Positions 1-12,666 of a DNA stretch of 64,000 nucleotides are shown piece by piece. The stretch is taken from positions 62,001-126,000 of the forward strand of contig BROI01000013.1 in the NCBI GenBank assembly GCA_027923505.1, read 5' to 3'. The notes under the pieces are model-generated. The model saw only the letters and a program-made list of their open reading frames with translations. It made no database searches and was not told where the DNA came from. Position 1 is the stretch's first letter. Each line of letters opens with the position of its first letter. The translations under genes were made by a program, and so were the position numbers. The stretch comes from Mayamaea pseudoterrestris (Eukaryota).

Positions 1-1163
1 AGATACTGCTCGTGGAGAACATTAATTTCTCGGCTGTGAAAGGAGCGACTATATCGTCGGCTTGCACTTTTTGGCCAGGCCAATGCACACTGCGAGGCTG
101 GTTGGCTTATTGTGCCGACATCCATGCGCTTCCGGAACGGGAAGATCTTCGAGCATTGGCAAGCTACTGTTCACTTGATCATGAGCACGGCATGGAGCAA
201 GCAAACAAGTTAATTTCGCTCAGTGAAACGGCTGGTGCAGCTCTTTACGCCGACTATGTCTTGCGCGAGAAGCGAAGCTGGCCAGACGTGCTACACGATT
301 TTGATTCGATTCGAGCAGCTGGTTCCAAACTTACAGTAGAAGGTTTGTTTGGATTGATTGGGCCGATACGGCCTAGAGAGTTCAGCATTGCCAGCAGTCC
401 GTTGGAAGTCTGCGAAATACTCACGGACAGCAGTGATGAAGAGACGACCCAGTGGATTGTTCGCTTGCACCTTTGCGTCGCAGTCGTCGAGGGAAGGACA
501 CCGCTGGGACGACATTACCAGGGCTTGTGCTCTAGTTATCTATCGCAGCTACAGACAAACCTGTCACAAGTTCAAATTTGGATCCGTCCAGGATCGTTCA
601 CAGAGTTGCCATTAGCCATGCCAAGCAACAATGCCGTACGTTTTGAAGTGCCTGTTTTGTTTATCGGAGCTGGGACAGGAATTGCGCCGCTTCGTGGATT
701 GATCCGAGAGAGAGAGGCGACGCGACACGCCATGTTGAAGTCGTCAGGCCGAGATGGAGCTGAATCACAACACTCGCGACGGTTGCGTGCCATGGAGAGA
801 GACAACATCCTAATTTTTGGATGTCGCAGGGAACAGGACGACTTTTACTACCACAACGAATGGGCAGCCTTTTGCATGGAGGGACGACTTACCTTGTCAA
901 CTGCGTTTAGTCGCGATCAGGTGCAGAAGGTTTACGTGCAGCAATTGCTAAAAAATGCTGACGACGAAACTTCAATTGTTGTCAATCACTTATTAGCAAG
1001 GAATGGAGCAGTTTATATTGCCGGAAGTCCAAGGATGGCTCGTGCCGTGAAGGATGTCATTGTTATTTCGCTCGCTCAAGCGCTCGGGAGCGAGCAACGG
1101 GCAAAGCAACTGCTCTCGAACTTGCAACGAGCTGGCTACTTTAGCATCGAGGCTTGGTCATAG
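1..1163 (+). CDS. NDOR1: NADPH-dependent diflavin oxidoreductase 1 (NDOR1/Tah18-like), 3' part; 5' end outside window
   Basis: FAD/NADPH-binding motifs IRPREFSIASSP, IGAGTGIAPLRGLI, FGCRREQDDFYY, AFSRDQVQKVYVQ and C-terminal EAWS*. Confidence 0.85.
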   Translation, partial: ILLVENINFSAVKGATISSACTFWPGQCTLRGWLAYCADIHALPEREDLRALASYCSLDHEHGMEQANKLISLSETAGAALYADYVLREKRSWPDVLHDFDSIRAAGSKLTVEGLFGLIGPIRPREFSIASSPLEVCEILTDSSDEETTQWIVRLHLCVAVVEGRTPLGRHYQGLCSSYLSQLQTNLSQVQIWIRPGSFTELPLAMPSNNAVRFEVPVLFIGAGTGIAPLRGLIREREATRHAMLKSSGRDGAESQHSRRLRAMERDNILIFGCRREQDDFYYHNEWAAFCMEGRLTLSTAFSRDQVQKVYVQQLLKNADDETSIVVNHLLARNGAVYIAGSPRMARAVKDVIVISLAQALGSEQRAKQLLSNLQRAGYFSIEAWS

Positions 1164-1600
1164 AACTATACGTGTACAATATACCGGTAGCATATATAAT
1201 CCAGCATATCAGTCTGTATAACAATAGTTAGTATTGCTCTTATTGGCTTGGCAATTTCCAGCACGGCAGATGCTATCGCGCTAAAGCAAACTGATTCACG
1301 TCATTCCAACCTGACAAGCATGCATCAGAAGCAATCTAACATTTCGAGATGCTTGGTGATGCGCTGCAAATGTAAAGGACAGCCCGTGGCCCGTGGGTGG
1401 TTGCTCCTGCCGGTATTATTCACAGAACTCAAGGGTTAGGAAAGTGATGAGGTTTTAATGTCTCACTAGTTACCGTTGCGATTCGCTTCGTCGCGTCAGT
1501 CGCGATCCATCAATTTCCTTCCGTCGCGCAGCCATCACAATAGCAACTAACAGTCCGTCCAGTCGAGGAGTTCCGAACCTACTTACGACTTTTTGTACAA

Positions 1601-4600
1601 ATGCAAATGAGAGCTACTCGATGGGGCATGGCATTCGTATCGACAGTGCTTACGATTGCCTCGCGACGGAAGGTCGCTCATGCCTTTCGACCAGCGCAAA
1701 CATTACCCCGAAGTCATGGACCTCGTCTACTGTCAACCTTACATGCTGGCAAAGGTACGTTGGTAAAGATATCGTATTGTGAATGGCTGTCGCGCTAGGA
1801 TACTTAGTATGGGCGCTTCCACTATATATTGATTAGGCAAGGGAGGAACCGCAGATGGGTCCGTCAGCAAGAAACCCAAGAACGTTTTTGCGGAGACGAT
1901 TTTACTTCCAGAGACTGACTTTTCACAGCGCGCCAATGCCCTCCAACGAGAACCGGAAATTCAAGCATTTTGGAAGGAAATTAATTTATATCAAAAACTC
2001 TCCAACAAGGCTGCAGAGTCAAACGCTTCACGCTTTGTTTTACACGACGGTCCTCCCTATGCCAATGGCGACTTGCACTGCGGGCATGCACTCAACAAGA
2101 TTCTCAAGGACTTTATCAATCGCAAACAACTATTGAATGGCAAGCAGGTGCACTACGTGCCGGGTTGGGACTGTCATGGCTTGCCAATTGAACTCAAAGT
2201 ATTACAAACTTTAAAACAAAAAGAGCGCGAGAAACTAACTCCAGTCACCTTGCGCGAAAAGGCTGCAGATTTTGCCAAGGACACTGTCGAAAAGCAATCA
2301 AAAAGCTTTCAACAATACGGTATATTTGGAGATTTCGATCATCCATACTTGACGCTTCAACCATCTTTTGAAGCGGCGCAGATCAAAGTCTTTGGGAAAA
2401 TGTTTACGCAAGGCTTCATATTTCGGGGTCGCAAACCAGTGCATTGGTCGCCGTCTTCCAAAACTGCTTTAGCAGAAGCTGAACTAGAGTATCCAGAAGG
2501 ACACGTCTCTAAGAGTATCTACGTGGGATTTACAGTGCACGAACCGTCTCCCGCGTTAGCTGCCCTCCATTCGTCTGAGGATCCTATCAGGGTTGCTATT
2601 TGGACAACGACGCCATGGACCATGCCGGCCAACTTGGCGGTTGCTGTCAACCCAGAGTTGGAATACTCGGTTGTTTACCATGATAGGGTTGGCAAGCTTG
2701 TTGTGGCGAAGGATTTGGTAGCGTCACTGAGCAAAACATTTGGCTTGCCCGAAGGCGAGGCCTTAGCAATAGTGACGACGATGAAGGGTGCGGACTTACT
2801 AGGCACAACTTACAGTCATCCACTCTATGATCGCAAGTCACCTGTTCTTGCTGGAGGCGATTATATTACAACTGAATCAGGAACGGGTCTTGTTCATACA
2901 GCGCCTGGTCACGGACAGGAAGACTATATGACTGGCCTTAAGTATGGTCTTGATATTCTGAGCCCCGTAGATGATGTTGGCTGCTTTACGGTAGAAGCGG
3001 GTGCACGCTTTCAAGGATTAGAAGTTCTCGGAGAAGGCAATCAAGCGATCATTGACGCGCTGGAAGAAGAGAGAGCACTTTTAAAGGCTGAAGACTATGG
3101 GCACAAGTATCCATACGACTGGCGAACAAAGAAGCCTACCATTTTTCGAGCAACAGACCAGTGGTTTGCAAGCGTCGAAGGCTTTCGAGAAGATGCGTTA
3201 GCGGCCATAGAATTGGTGAGTTGATAGCACTTGTTTCCTCGTAGTCGCAAATGATGACGATGTTTCATTCCATCCTGAGGGTTTGAGCTATCTGCAATGG
3301 TAACTGCATGAAATACGTTTTTATAACTCTGACGCGTATGGAGTTCCGCTTTGTTTGTGTCCATGTAACGTATGTGCTCACATTAGTTTCGTATGATTGC
3401 AGGTTCATTGGATCCCTGACGTTGGCAAGAATCGAATCAAGTCCTTTGTTACAGGTCGAGGCGACTGGTGCATTTCTCGGCAACGATCCTGGGGCGTGCC
3501 TATTCCTGTCTTTTATGATCGGGCTACCGGCAACAAGGTACTACTGAATGAGAGTACGCTGGATCACATTCAAAAATTGTTTGCCGAGCATGGGAGCGAC
3601 TGTTGGTGGAAGCTGGACGAGGCTGATCTCTTGCCCAAAGAATACATTGCAGAGGCAGGAAAGTGGATCAAAGGGACGGACACCATGGACGTTTGGTTTG
3701 ATTCTGGTTCCAGCTGGGCGGGCGTCGCTCGAGATCGGGGCGAATTGCAATACCCAGCCGACATGTATCTCGAGGGCAGCGATCAACATCGCGGGTGGTT
3801 TCAAAGCAGTCTTCTGACTAGCGTCGCCAACAACAACCAGGCCCCGTACAAGGCTGTACTGACCCATGGTTTCGTTCTCGATGAAAAAGGTTTGAAGATG
3901 TCGAAGTCGCTAGGAAATGTCGTCGATCCGAAAATCATAATTGAAGGAGGGAACAACAAGAAGCTCCAACCAGCGTACGGGGCTGATGTATTGCGTCTAT
4001 GGGTCGCAAACTCGGATTACTCGGGCGATGTACTGATCGGTGACAATATTATTAAGCAGACGTTCGAAATATATCGCAAGCTGCGTAATACTGCTCGGTA
4101 TATGATTGGAACTCTGGCAGATTTCAAAACAGTCAACCAGGAAGGGTCCAATGCAGTGGCGTACGATGATTTGCCGTCCCTTGACCGATGGATGTTAGGA
4201 CGATTGAGCCAGACCCTAAAACTAGCTGACGAGTCGATGGAGCAATATCAGTTTCAGCGCGCAATACAAGAGCTTCTTCGCTTTGCGACGTCTGACTTGT
4301 CGAACTTTTATCTGGACGTTGCCAAGGACCGGCTGTACATATCTGCAATTGACGATTGGCGACGACGGTCGTGCCAGACTGTTATTCAAATGTGTCTGGA
4401 AGGTTTCGCGAGGGCAATTGCTCCACTTCTTCCGCACATGGCTGAAGATGTTTGGCAGTATCTCCCCTACCCAACGTTGTCGGAAAGCGTTTTTGAAGCT
4501 GGGTGGCCGACCGACCTTGTATCTTTTCCGGAGTATCATGCCGAACAGTGGGAATTTGTTCGTCTTGTGCGCGATGACGTGAACAAAATGCTTGAGTCGG

Positions 4601-5052
4601 CCAGAAATGATAAACTTGTTGGCGCATCACTCGACGCAGCCGCCTACATCTATGCTCCTGATGATTCCAAACGAGAACTCCTGCAGGGCCTTGTTGGAGA
4701 TGAGCATCTTGTCACGCCCTCTGTGGAGACTAATGGGGTGGACGAATTACGGACAGTTTTGATGCTTTCGCAGATCCATGTGATCGATAGCGAGGAGGAG
4801 CTCTTAACATCTTGCTCTGCTTCTCACATCTCCGATCGCGATACCATGAGCGGTTGTATTGTCGGAGTTAAGAAAGCCGATGGAGAAAAATGCGGACGGT
4901 GCTGGTTTTATGATAAGCAAGTTGGAAAGCTTGGTCTTCCGCACAACGACGCTTGTCAGCGATGCAACGAAGCCATCTTTGCTTGGGAGAAGCAAGGCAA
5001 TAAATCTTTTGTCAGGTGTGAAATGGAAATTGCCGCAGAGCCTGTGCAATGA
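1601..5052 (+). CDS. ileS: Organellar (bacterial-type) isoleucyl-tRNA synthetase, 3 exons; introns 1755-1836 and 3216-3402
   Basis: LHDGPPYANGDLHCGH (HIGH-equivalent), GWDCHGLPIE, WTTTPWT, DWCISRQRSWG, EGSDQHRGWFQ, KMSKS and C-terminal CGRCW zinc motif. GT-AG introns join the ORFs in frame. N-terminal extension ends AHAF. Confidence 0.95.
3246..3336 (+). ncRNA. Candidate intronic box C/D snoRNA in IleRS intron 2
   Basis: Box C ATGATGA 3251-3257, D' CTGA 3275-3278, box D CTGA 3329-3332, short CGC/GCG terminal pairing, 70 nt upstream of the 3' splice site; intron is longer (187 nt) than most here. Confidence 0.6.
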
Positions 5053-5122
5053 AGCGACGAGTCGAGTACGAGAATGCTTGTCTGATAAAAAACTCTACAC
5101 ATTTAAAGGAAACATTTCAAAT

Positions 5123-8100
5123 TTAGATGTCTTGGTGATTTAGGTTAGGTGCACCCAGTAGATAAGAGAACAAAGGCTGCGAGCCAACGTGCAAATCACT
5201 TGTTTTCGTCCCCAAAAGGTAGGCTTCCAATTTACTCGTGAAGATTCGGCTTTCTCCGAGTTCCGCAGATACAGCTGTTTTGGAACTACCAGGTAGCAAA
5301 TGTCGTTTGCGTTTTGGCGACCTAGCTAGTTCCTTCGTCCGCCAATTCGTATGTTGGAAACGCGCAAAAGGGCGCTTTGACGCGTTTGGCCCGACAAGAG
5401 TTGGCCGCATGGTGCTGCTTTGCTCAGATCGACGGACAACAGGCATTTCGACCGATTCCTGGTGTTCAAGGTCAGCAGCTTTCGTCCCCGGCATCAGTAT
5501 ACCGACATCAGCCAAGTCGTCCTTGCCCTGTAACGACGGCCGAAGTCGAGGAATTCGCGATGCCGGTAGATATGTTTGTGCGATACGCTCTTTGGCGAGA
5601 TTAACCGTCGCCTGCAGAATTGCTGTTAAAAAGCCATTTGGAATGTACAGGTACGGTGATTCATCCGTTCGTTCCTGCCGCCAACGAAAAGCAACGAGCA
5701 AGGCTTCCCGATTCTTGCGTCTATGCAAGAGAACTTGCTTCTCATGCCGGACACTGGCAGCTGCATCAGACAAAAGAGCGTTCACAGTGTCTTCAATCGA
5801 ACCCTTCAAGCAACTTGAGAAATCAGCGACTAGTGGAGCGGTTGACTCTCGTTTTAGTACCGATAGCCAATTTGTTGGAAGATCATGACCGTCACTGAAA
5901 TAGCAAGGTATCTTATCTTCAAAGGAAAACGTTTTACAAGGCCATTTGGCATAATCGTCTTGCAATTTTGCTATTTCGTCGAGGTACTCGACCAAAATGT
6001 TGAGCGCTAGTTGGATGTGCGTCAAGAGTTCTTCGTCAAGTTCCACATTTTGGGCCGATTCAACGACGCCTTGAGCCAACATGCAGCAGACTGCTGCTAG
6101 CGAAAATCTCTCTATATACGTTTGAGGAATCTGACCAAGTTGCGTTGTCAGCTCCCGAAAACAACGACGAAGAGACTCTTCCAATATATCCGGTCCGAAA
6201 TCTGAACAATTCACAACGGCAGCCTTTTCCGACGCCACCTCAGTATCAGACAAAAGCTTTAAAACAACCGCAGGACGAGAAGCGTCCAATCGATCCTCGA
6301 GTGACTGACTTCCGATGTTACTTCCTTCGAAGTTCAACGCGAACGTGGCATCAACTACCGAGTACTCGGTATTAATACCGACATCTTGTACAGAAATTCG
6401 AACATCCAAACCGTCGCATACATGCCGATCTGTCCGCACTCTGGAGTGAATCCATCTTCGGACCAGGCGGCTATTGTCATGACTCAAAGACGGAAGTAGC
6501 AAACCAATATTCAACAGTACAGTCCGCGGTCTAATCAACGTCGAATTGGCCAAGGACTCAAGACACCAGCGGGCAATCGGCAGCTGCGCGTCCATCTTTA
6601 AACATGCTTCCAAGGACCGACGAAGACGCATGTATGCACCACCAGCATCTTGTAATTTTAAGGCTCTCTCATGCTGTTCATATGTATCGAGCGATAATCG
6701 CAAGCTTCGTACATCCAAATTGCTATCGTTAAGAACATAAGGAGGCAGATATTGCAGCCATCGTCCCGTGATAAGTTGCCTCCTCGCATGATGGCGTCTC
6801 GATTCCCATTCTTTGTCTTCACGACGCTTTTCCTCTAGCAGACGTCGCTCAGTTGCAGCAGCTAGCCTAGCCTTTTCTTCCATATCACGCCGAGCACCCT
6901 CTTCTCGCTCAAGCAACGCTTGAGCGGCAGCTTCTCGGCGACGTCTCGCTACTTCATCGCGCACTGCTTGCGCCTCAGCGTCGCGTCTAGCCCTCACTTG
7001 CGCCTCCACTGCTTCGAGCTTCCGGGTGGCCTCAGCTTGTTCCGTGATCCGAAGCCGCTCCGCTTCGGCTGCCCGTCTCCTTCCTTCCATCTGTTTCATA
7101 GCTTGGCGCTCGCACTCAAGCCGGACAATCTCAGCTGTTCGCGCTGATACTTTTTGCTGCTGAATGCTTGCTTCATCGTCGTTAAGGATCTTTCCTTCTT
7201 CTGCTAGACATACTTTTTCTTCGGCTTCAAGCGTAGCGCTTTCTCTCGTCTCGCCTCTAACCATCTTCTTTGTCAAATGAGTTTTTGCGTGGTCATCGTT
7301 ATTGTAATTAATAGATTCAAAATGGTTTGTAATACCACCATTCACTTCTCCCGACGGTTGAGGCAGATGTGCAAATGGCACCATTTGGTTCAAGCAATTT
7401 TCTTCCATCCTGACCTGGCCACGACAGATGGCCAAACGCGTAGCTCCATGAAGCTTGCTCTCGATAGTCTTTACCATTTTCTGAGGACACAGGGGAAGGA
7501 CGGTGCCTTTATCCTCGTCTGTTGGTTCCTTAAAAATGGAGCGACGCCAGTATATAATGTCGTCAGCGGATGTGCCAGTTGACGACTGGACTTTTGGCTT
7601 AACAGTAATCCCGTAATGGACGCATGCATTACGTGCTTCGTCAAGACTCTCAAAACAAAGTAAGCGAGCCAAGGAACGAAGTGGGTATGCGTCATATATC
7701 GGTTCGAAATCCTTGTTACGTGCGCCGTATGATTTAGACAAAATGCGAAAGGCGATCTTTCGCATAAGTTCGACATGCTTGAACATAAGGCTGACACAAG
7801 ATAGGTAAAAAGCCGAAGAGTCAGTTTGCAGACATTACACAGCACACGCCTGATAAAGCACTTACCATGCATATAGATATGGAGTGTCGGAAGAACGTAG
7901 TATGGAGAAGAAGCGCGCATAATTGCATTCTCGCCTCGCCGTGAATACGCTCATGGCAAGCTGAACTGGAGCAGAATGATAAACTTCCGGTTTCTCGCTG
8001 TAAAGTCGCCCAACGTACTTTAAAACCTCCATGCCACCGTCGTTATCAATTGTAAGGAGAATGTATAGTCCGCGCATCTCGGCTTCAGCAGTACCATGGT

Positions 8101-10126
8101 TCTGCCTGCTGACGGCGAATTTACCAATCAATCGACTCTCGTCGTCAGCAATATTGACAAGAGCAGTGCCATCATAATCAATTGGATTACTGCCTTGTAC
8201 TGCATCGTTGCTGCAGCCATAAGCGAATCGATGACTATCCGTCCTGGTCTCTCGGCCTTGCTCGTCTGGAACCTCGACCAATGTCCGATTCATCGCATCA
8301 TCGTAAAACTGGTTCAACGATTTGAGTGTCTGTCCAAGCTCTGATATGTTTTGTTGACTCTGAGCCTTCACAAAGTCGGGTATATGCGACAACTGATGCT
8401 CACACATGGCGTGCCAACGTGCAATACGCTCATGACATCGCACTGCTCGAGCGTCGCATTTGCCTCCCGTTCCAACGTAATTTTGCAAGATAAAATCCTT
8501 CCTAATCATGCGCGTACGATCCCAAATGAACTGATAGACATCCAGTGGTGGAGGAACTCCTCCGTTGGGAAACCTTGGATCGCCACCTTGCCGGTCTCGC
8601 TCCATGACCCATTCCTCCAAATAGCTCATGACGTGCTCTAATACATCGGGTGGTCGAATCCACTCGGGAACGTCTAGCTTATAGTCGGCAGCAGAACGTC
8701 GAAAGCGTTTTACAGCCGTCTCGCGCAACGTCCATCCTTCCGGATGTAATAGACCAGGCTTTGGTATTTCCAGCAGCTGAATGTCTCCTTCAGCCTCTCG
8801 TCGGCGTAACTCTTCCTCGGGGCACATGTAAGGGCACGTTCCGACAAGCGAGACAGCGTTCTCCAAGTCTTCGCGCTCCGTCGCGGCGATCCCAGACGCA
8901 GTCGTTCCGTTGGCTTGAGCTGCGCCTGTAACTCGAGCGACGACAGGAGCATGATCATTGTTGTCATCGTTGTCGCTATTAACTCTAGGTTGCGCAGCGA
9001 ATCGAATCGCATTTCTTTGGGCCAAACTAACCCTTTGCGGCGATTTCACGGCGGCGGAAGACATGGGAGGAGGCGTATTGTTTGATGACTGTTCCTTCCT
9101 TCGCTTCTGCTCCAACAGTTTTCTTTTCTTTTCCTCAATCTTTGCTTTCAACCTTGTCAATTCCGTGCTTCCGACCGATGTTGGCTCATTCGCAGCGTAA
9201 TCCCCATCTTCGTTGTCCGTGTTATTTTGTGCATTGTCAAATTGATGTGGACGTGAAGGTTTTGCAAAAGGAGTAAATACTGGGGCTGCCGCATTTAGTG
9301 GCATTGCCGTCTGCTGCTGCCGCGAATGTTCCCAAACACTGTTTCCGTTTACGAATGTGGTAGTAGATTGTCCAAACGGAAAGGATGAAGCTGCGCTGTA
9401 GATTGGTGTAACATCATCGGCAGCCGCCATGTCAGCCTCCTTCCCGTACGGCGGCGTCGGTGACGCGGTCATATCTAAATCTTGCGCTTGATTGTCAGTG
9501 TTCATGGTTGACGTTGCATTGGAAAAGGCTGCCATGACATTGGATGACATTCCAAATGCCATTCCTCCATTATTCAACGGAGCATTTTCAAACGATGAAA
9601 GCTGTTGCGATGGAAAAGAAGAATTTCCGAAAGCATTGGACGAAAATGGCGCATTTGTAGCATTATTTGATACTGTCACTGAAGACCCAATCGTCGATTG
9701 ATGTTGGGAGTTACTTGCCCCAAAAAGCGTCGTCGAAGTTCCAAAGGGTCGCGTCTGCGAGACTGGAGCTGCATAGGATCCATTGACATTCGACGTTCCA
9801 AAGGGATTGGACAAAGGAGCTGCATTAGAAAGGTTGGTTGCTGCATTGCTTTCGCCAAAAGACGTTGATGCCGCCGGCGAAAACGTAAGCGGCGGTGGTT
9901 GACTGACGTGCGGAGAAGCCCCAAAAGCCAAACTTCCAGAGGGAGCACCAAACGTCTGATTCCCAAATGATGGATATTGAATTGAGGATGATCCAAACAA
10001 GGATTGCTGTTGCTGCTGCTGATGTAAAGGGTTGTTGAAGCTATTGCTGCTGCCTCCCGTTCCGCTCGCCACAAACGGTGAAGCAAATGGTGTCGCAGGG
10101 AACCCAGTACTTCCAAAGCCCGACAT
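5123..10126 (-). CDS. SAC3: SAC3/GANP family mRNA-export factor (TREX-2 scaffold); intron 7791-7865
   Basis: FG-rich N-terminus; LVGTCPYMCPEEE, AVKRFRRSAA, IRPPDVL, FIWDRTRMIRKDF, HERIARWH, EAEMRGLY; splicing gives PYLYACLMFKH; long coiled coil. Confidence 0.9.
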
Positions 10127-10432
10127 TATTTATTTGGATGATATAGCTCTTCTCGACTTTAATGTAATTGACAAAGGACGCTTCAATGAATGAAAGACGC
10201 CTTTTACTGGTACAAGTACAAGTTCATTGCTGCCGCTAGCGCTGCATCTGCCTGCAGGGTCGAGGAAGCGCCTAAAACTCGCAGCGGCATTCAGGATACC
10301 GGTCCGACGCGCTTGTTTCGTCCATCCGTGAAGTTCACATCAACGTGCCTCTCATTCCTCGTCGTCGCCGCCGCGATCAATTCCAAGTCTGCAGAGACAT
10401 TCATTGCAGCCAAGAATCATCTATACGGTCTC

Positions 10433-12541
10433 ATGGAGTCCGAGACGTTTTTCTTGCCGGGTTTCATTCTAGACGATGATTCTGAGGCGATGGATCCTCT
10501 TTCTCCGCAACGACAAGATCGGCCACATCAAGCGACGGAGGATTCTGGTGCAGCACCGTTCGCCACTTCACCATTCACTATTTCACAGTCAAAGAATCCA
10601 TGGGAAGAAGGGATGACATCTGTTGACGCGTCAACTAGTGTATCCGCATCCGTTGGGAAATGTCTATTGAGCCTTGAACCCGATAACATTGATGCCCTCC
10701 TTCAAGCACCGGAAGACATCACTGCAGCATCTTTGAATGGACCTACTTGCACCGCCAAAGATTCATTCATATCGCGTCAAACTACAATAGAAGGAGTCCA
10801 TGCTCCTCGATTGTCGCTGGAGCGCGCGACATCGAGTGATTATGCCTTTTTTAACAGCAATATGGACATACCCAAGGCTCCTCCAGGATTTGAAAACGTC
10901 GCTCCACTGTCGCTGCCAACAACACCTCAAAGTAGGCACGTGCAAATAGTAACAGAAACGAAATCTGCAGATATTTGGAGTAACGAGTCGTCAGATATGC
11001 ATCTTGCGTCTAATTCTCTCCGTCTTCCATCCATGTTTGACGATGGTGCCGCGAAACAACTTTTAATCCGGCGTGGAATCTCAATCACTCCAGTCTCGAA
11101 AGGTGACCATCCAACAGAACCGAATCAACCATCACTCACGAATACTCTAAGTTTAAATTGTAAGCAGGAGGAGGAGCAGCAGCAAAATTCAGCAAAGTCA
11201 TGGGTCAGTGTCGTTTCCCTGGAGGGGTCGAATAGCGCTTCAGCGAACCGTGCTTTTGCAAACAAAGAATTGCGAAGGGCGCAAACGTTGTCGAATGGTG
11301 TTGCTGGTGACACGAAGGCGTTGGCACTCCAATACGACGAGTCCGACCCTAGCATAAGATCAACAGCCGCATTGCCGTTGTTAAACGAGACATTGCCTAC
11401 GGACACGACGAATCAAAGGGAGACTACCGGCCACAGGACTTGTACATTCGAAGGGGCAGCGGGCGTAACATCTACGAGACCGGGTGATGCTTGCGGTGAT
11501 AGTGGAAGAGCAGGCAGGCTTGGTTTTTCAATGGAAGCAACTGCGACCATGGCGAGTGACAGTGAACATAGATTCTTGCAGCCGCCTCCACAAATAGAGC
11601 GAAAGATATCAGTCAAGGCCACGAAAAAGACAAAACAACAATCACGTACAAAACGTTACGACCACCAGACTGGTAGCAGCCACAGACAGACTACTAGTGA
11701 TACGAGTGCCTACATGGAAGAGTGTACTTTGGCCGGACAGCCCCATGCGCAGCGAGCCGATCAACAACGGCTAAATATGGAACGAGTAGGGCCTGACATC
11801 TTGATCGACCCGTTTGCGCGCGGCATCGGCAATTTGATTTCGATTGGCAATCACATTGGGAATGTATTTGTGAATGTGATTTGGCCAGTCATCGCTTGCT
11901 TTGGCAAGTTATTTGCATTTTTGGCCAATACAATTATCATTATCGCCTTGATGCTAGCCAATGCTTTCAAGTATGCAGCGGCGGAAGTGGAGCAGAGCGA
12001 ACATGGAACCTTTATTTGCTACTTGACTTTCTACGTGCTTCCGAACGTTTGCGACGTGATCATGACGCTGTTCAGTGTTCCGCACTTTACTCCGCACGTC
12101 TTATCGAGTCTTGCACTGTATTTGCTGTGTCACCCGGGACGAGATGGCGCAACCTGGAGTGCTGGGGTGGGGAGCAAGCGTAAAATATATCGCTCCAAGA
12201 CACCAACAGATCAACAGGCGGAAATTGTCTGTTGCTTCGTGCTACAGATCTGTCGCTACACTGTTCCCTTTGAATTGATTCTGAATGGCTTTTCACATCC
12301 CAATGTACAACTCATGATGATGGATGTTCCTTGTCGACTATTGCTAGCTTATATTCTGTCGCTGCTACGATCCAACTTGCTTCTGTCGCCAGTAGCCTGG
12401 GTGTGTTGCGCGGTGCAAGTCATCTTGTCGGTGCAGTTACCTTGCAACAAGGGTACCGATTGTTTGCTCATGTTGATTGGCCTCGCGTCCATTCGACTGA
12501 GCAGTTTAGTCGTTCAAACTGTGGCGTCTGCTTTAGCCTAG
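10433..12541 (+). CDS. Hypothetical protein, disordered N-terminus and multi-pass hydrophobic C-terminus
   Basis: Long uninterrupted ORF (10190-12541); likely start ATG 10433; several TM-like segments in the last ~230 aa. Confidence 0.7.
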   Translation: MESETFFLPGFILDDDSEAMDPLSPQRQDRPHQATEDSGAAPFATSPFTISQSKNPWEEGMTSVDASTSVSASVGKCLLSLEPDNIDALLQAPEDITAASLNGPTCTAKDSFISRQTTIEGVHAPRLSLERATSSDYAFFNSNMDIPKAPPGFENVAPLSLPTTPQSRHVQIVTETKSADIWSNESSDMHLASNSLRLPSMFDDGAAKQLLIRRGISITPVSKGDHPTEPNQPSLTNTLSLNCKQEEEQQQNSAKSWVSVVSLEGSNSASANRAFANKELRRAQTLSNGVAGDTKALALQYDESDPSIRSTAALPLLNETLPTDTTNQRETTGHRTCTFEGAAGVTSTRPGDACGDSGRAGRLGFSMEATATMASDSEHRFLQPPPQIERKISVKATKKTKQQSRTKRYDHQTGSSHRQTTSDTSAYMEECTLAGQPHAQRADQQRLNMERVGPDILIDPFARGIGNLISIGNHIGNVFVNVIWPVIACFGKLFAFLANTIIIIALMLANAFKYAAAEVEQSEHGTFICYLTFYVLPNVCDVIMTLFSVPHFTPHVLSSLALYLLCHPGRDGATWSAGVGSKRKIYRSKTPTDQQAEIVCCFVLQICRYTVPFELILNGFSHPNVQLMMMDVPCRLLLAYILSLLRSNLLLSPVAWVCCAVQVILSVQLPCNKGTDCLLMLIGLASIRLSSLVVQTVASALA

Positions 12542-12666
12542 GAGTCCTAGTCTGCCATTGAGGAAGTAGCGTCTTCCGTGACCACGACCATATAAGTAAA
12601 AGCTGCGACATTAGTCCCGCGTTGATAATCTACATAACTCGCGATTATTTTTTCCAGCTAGCTAGC

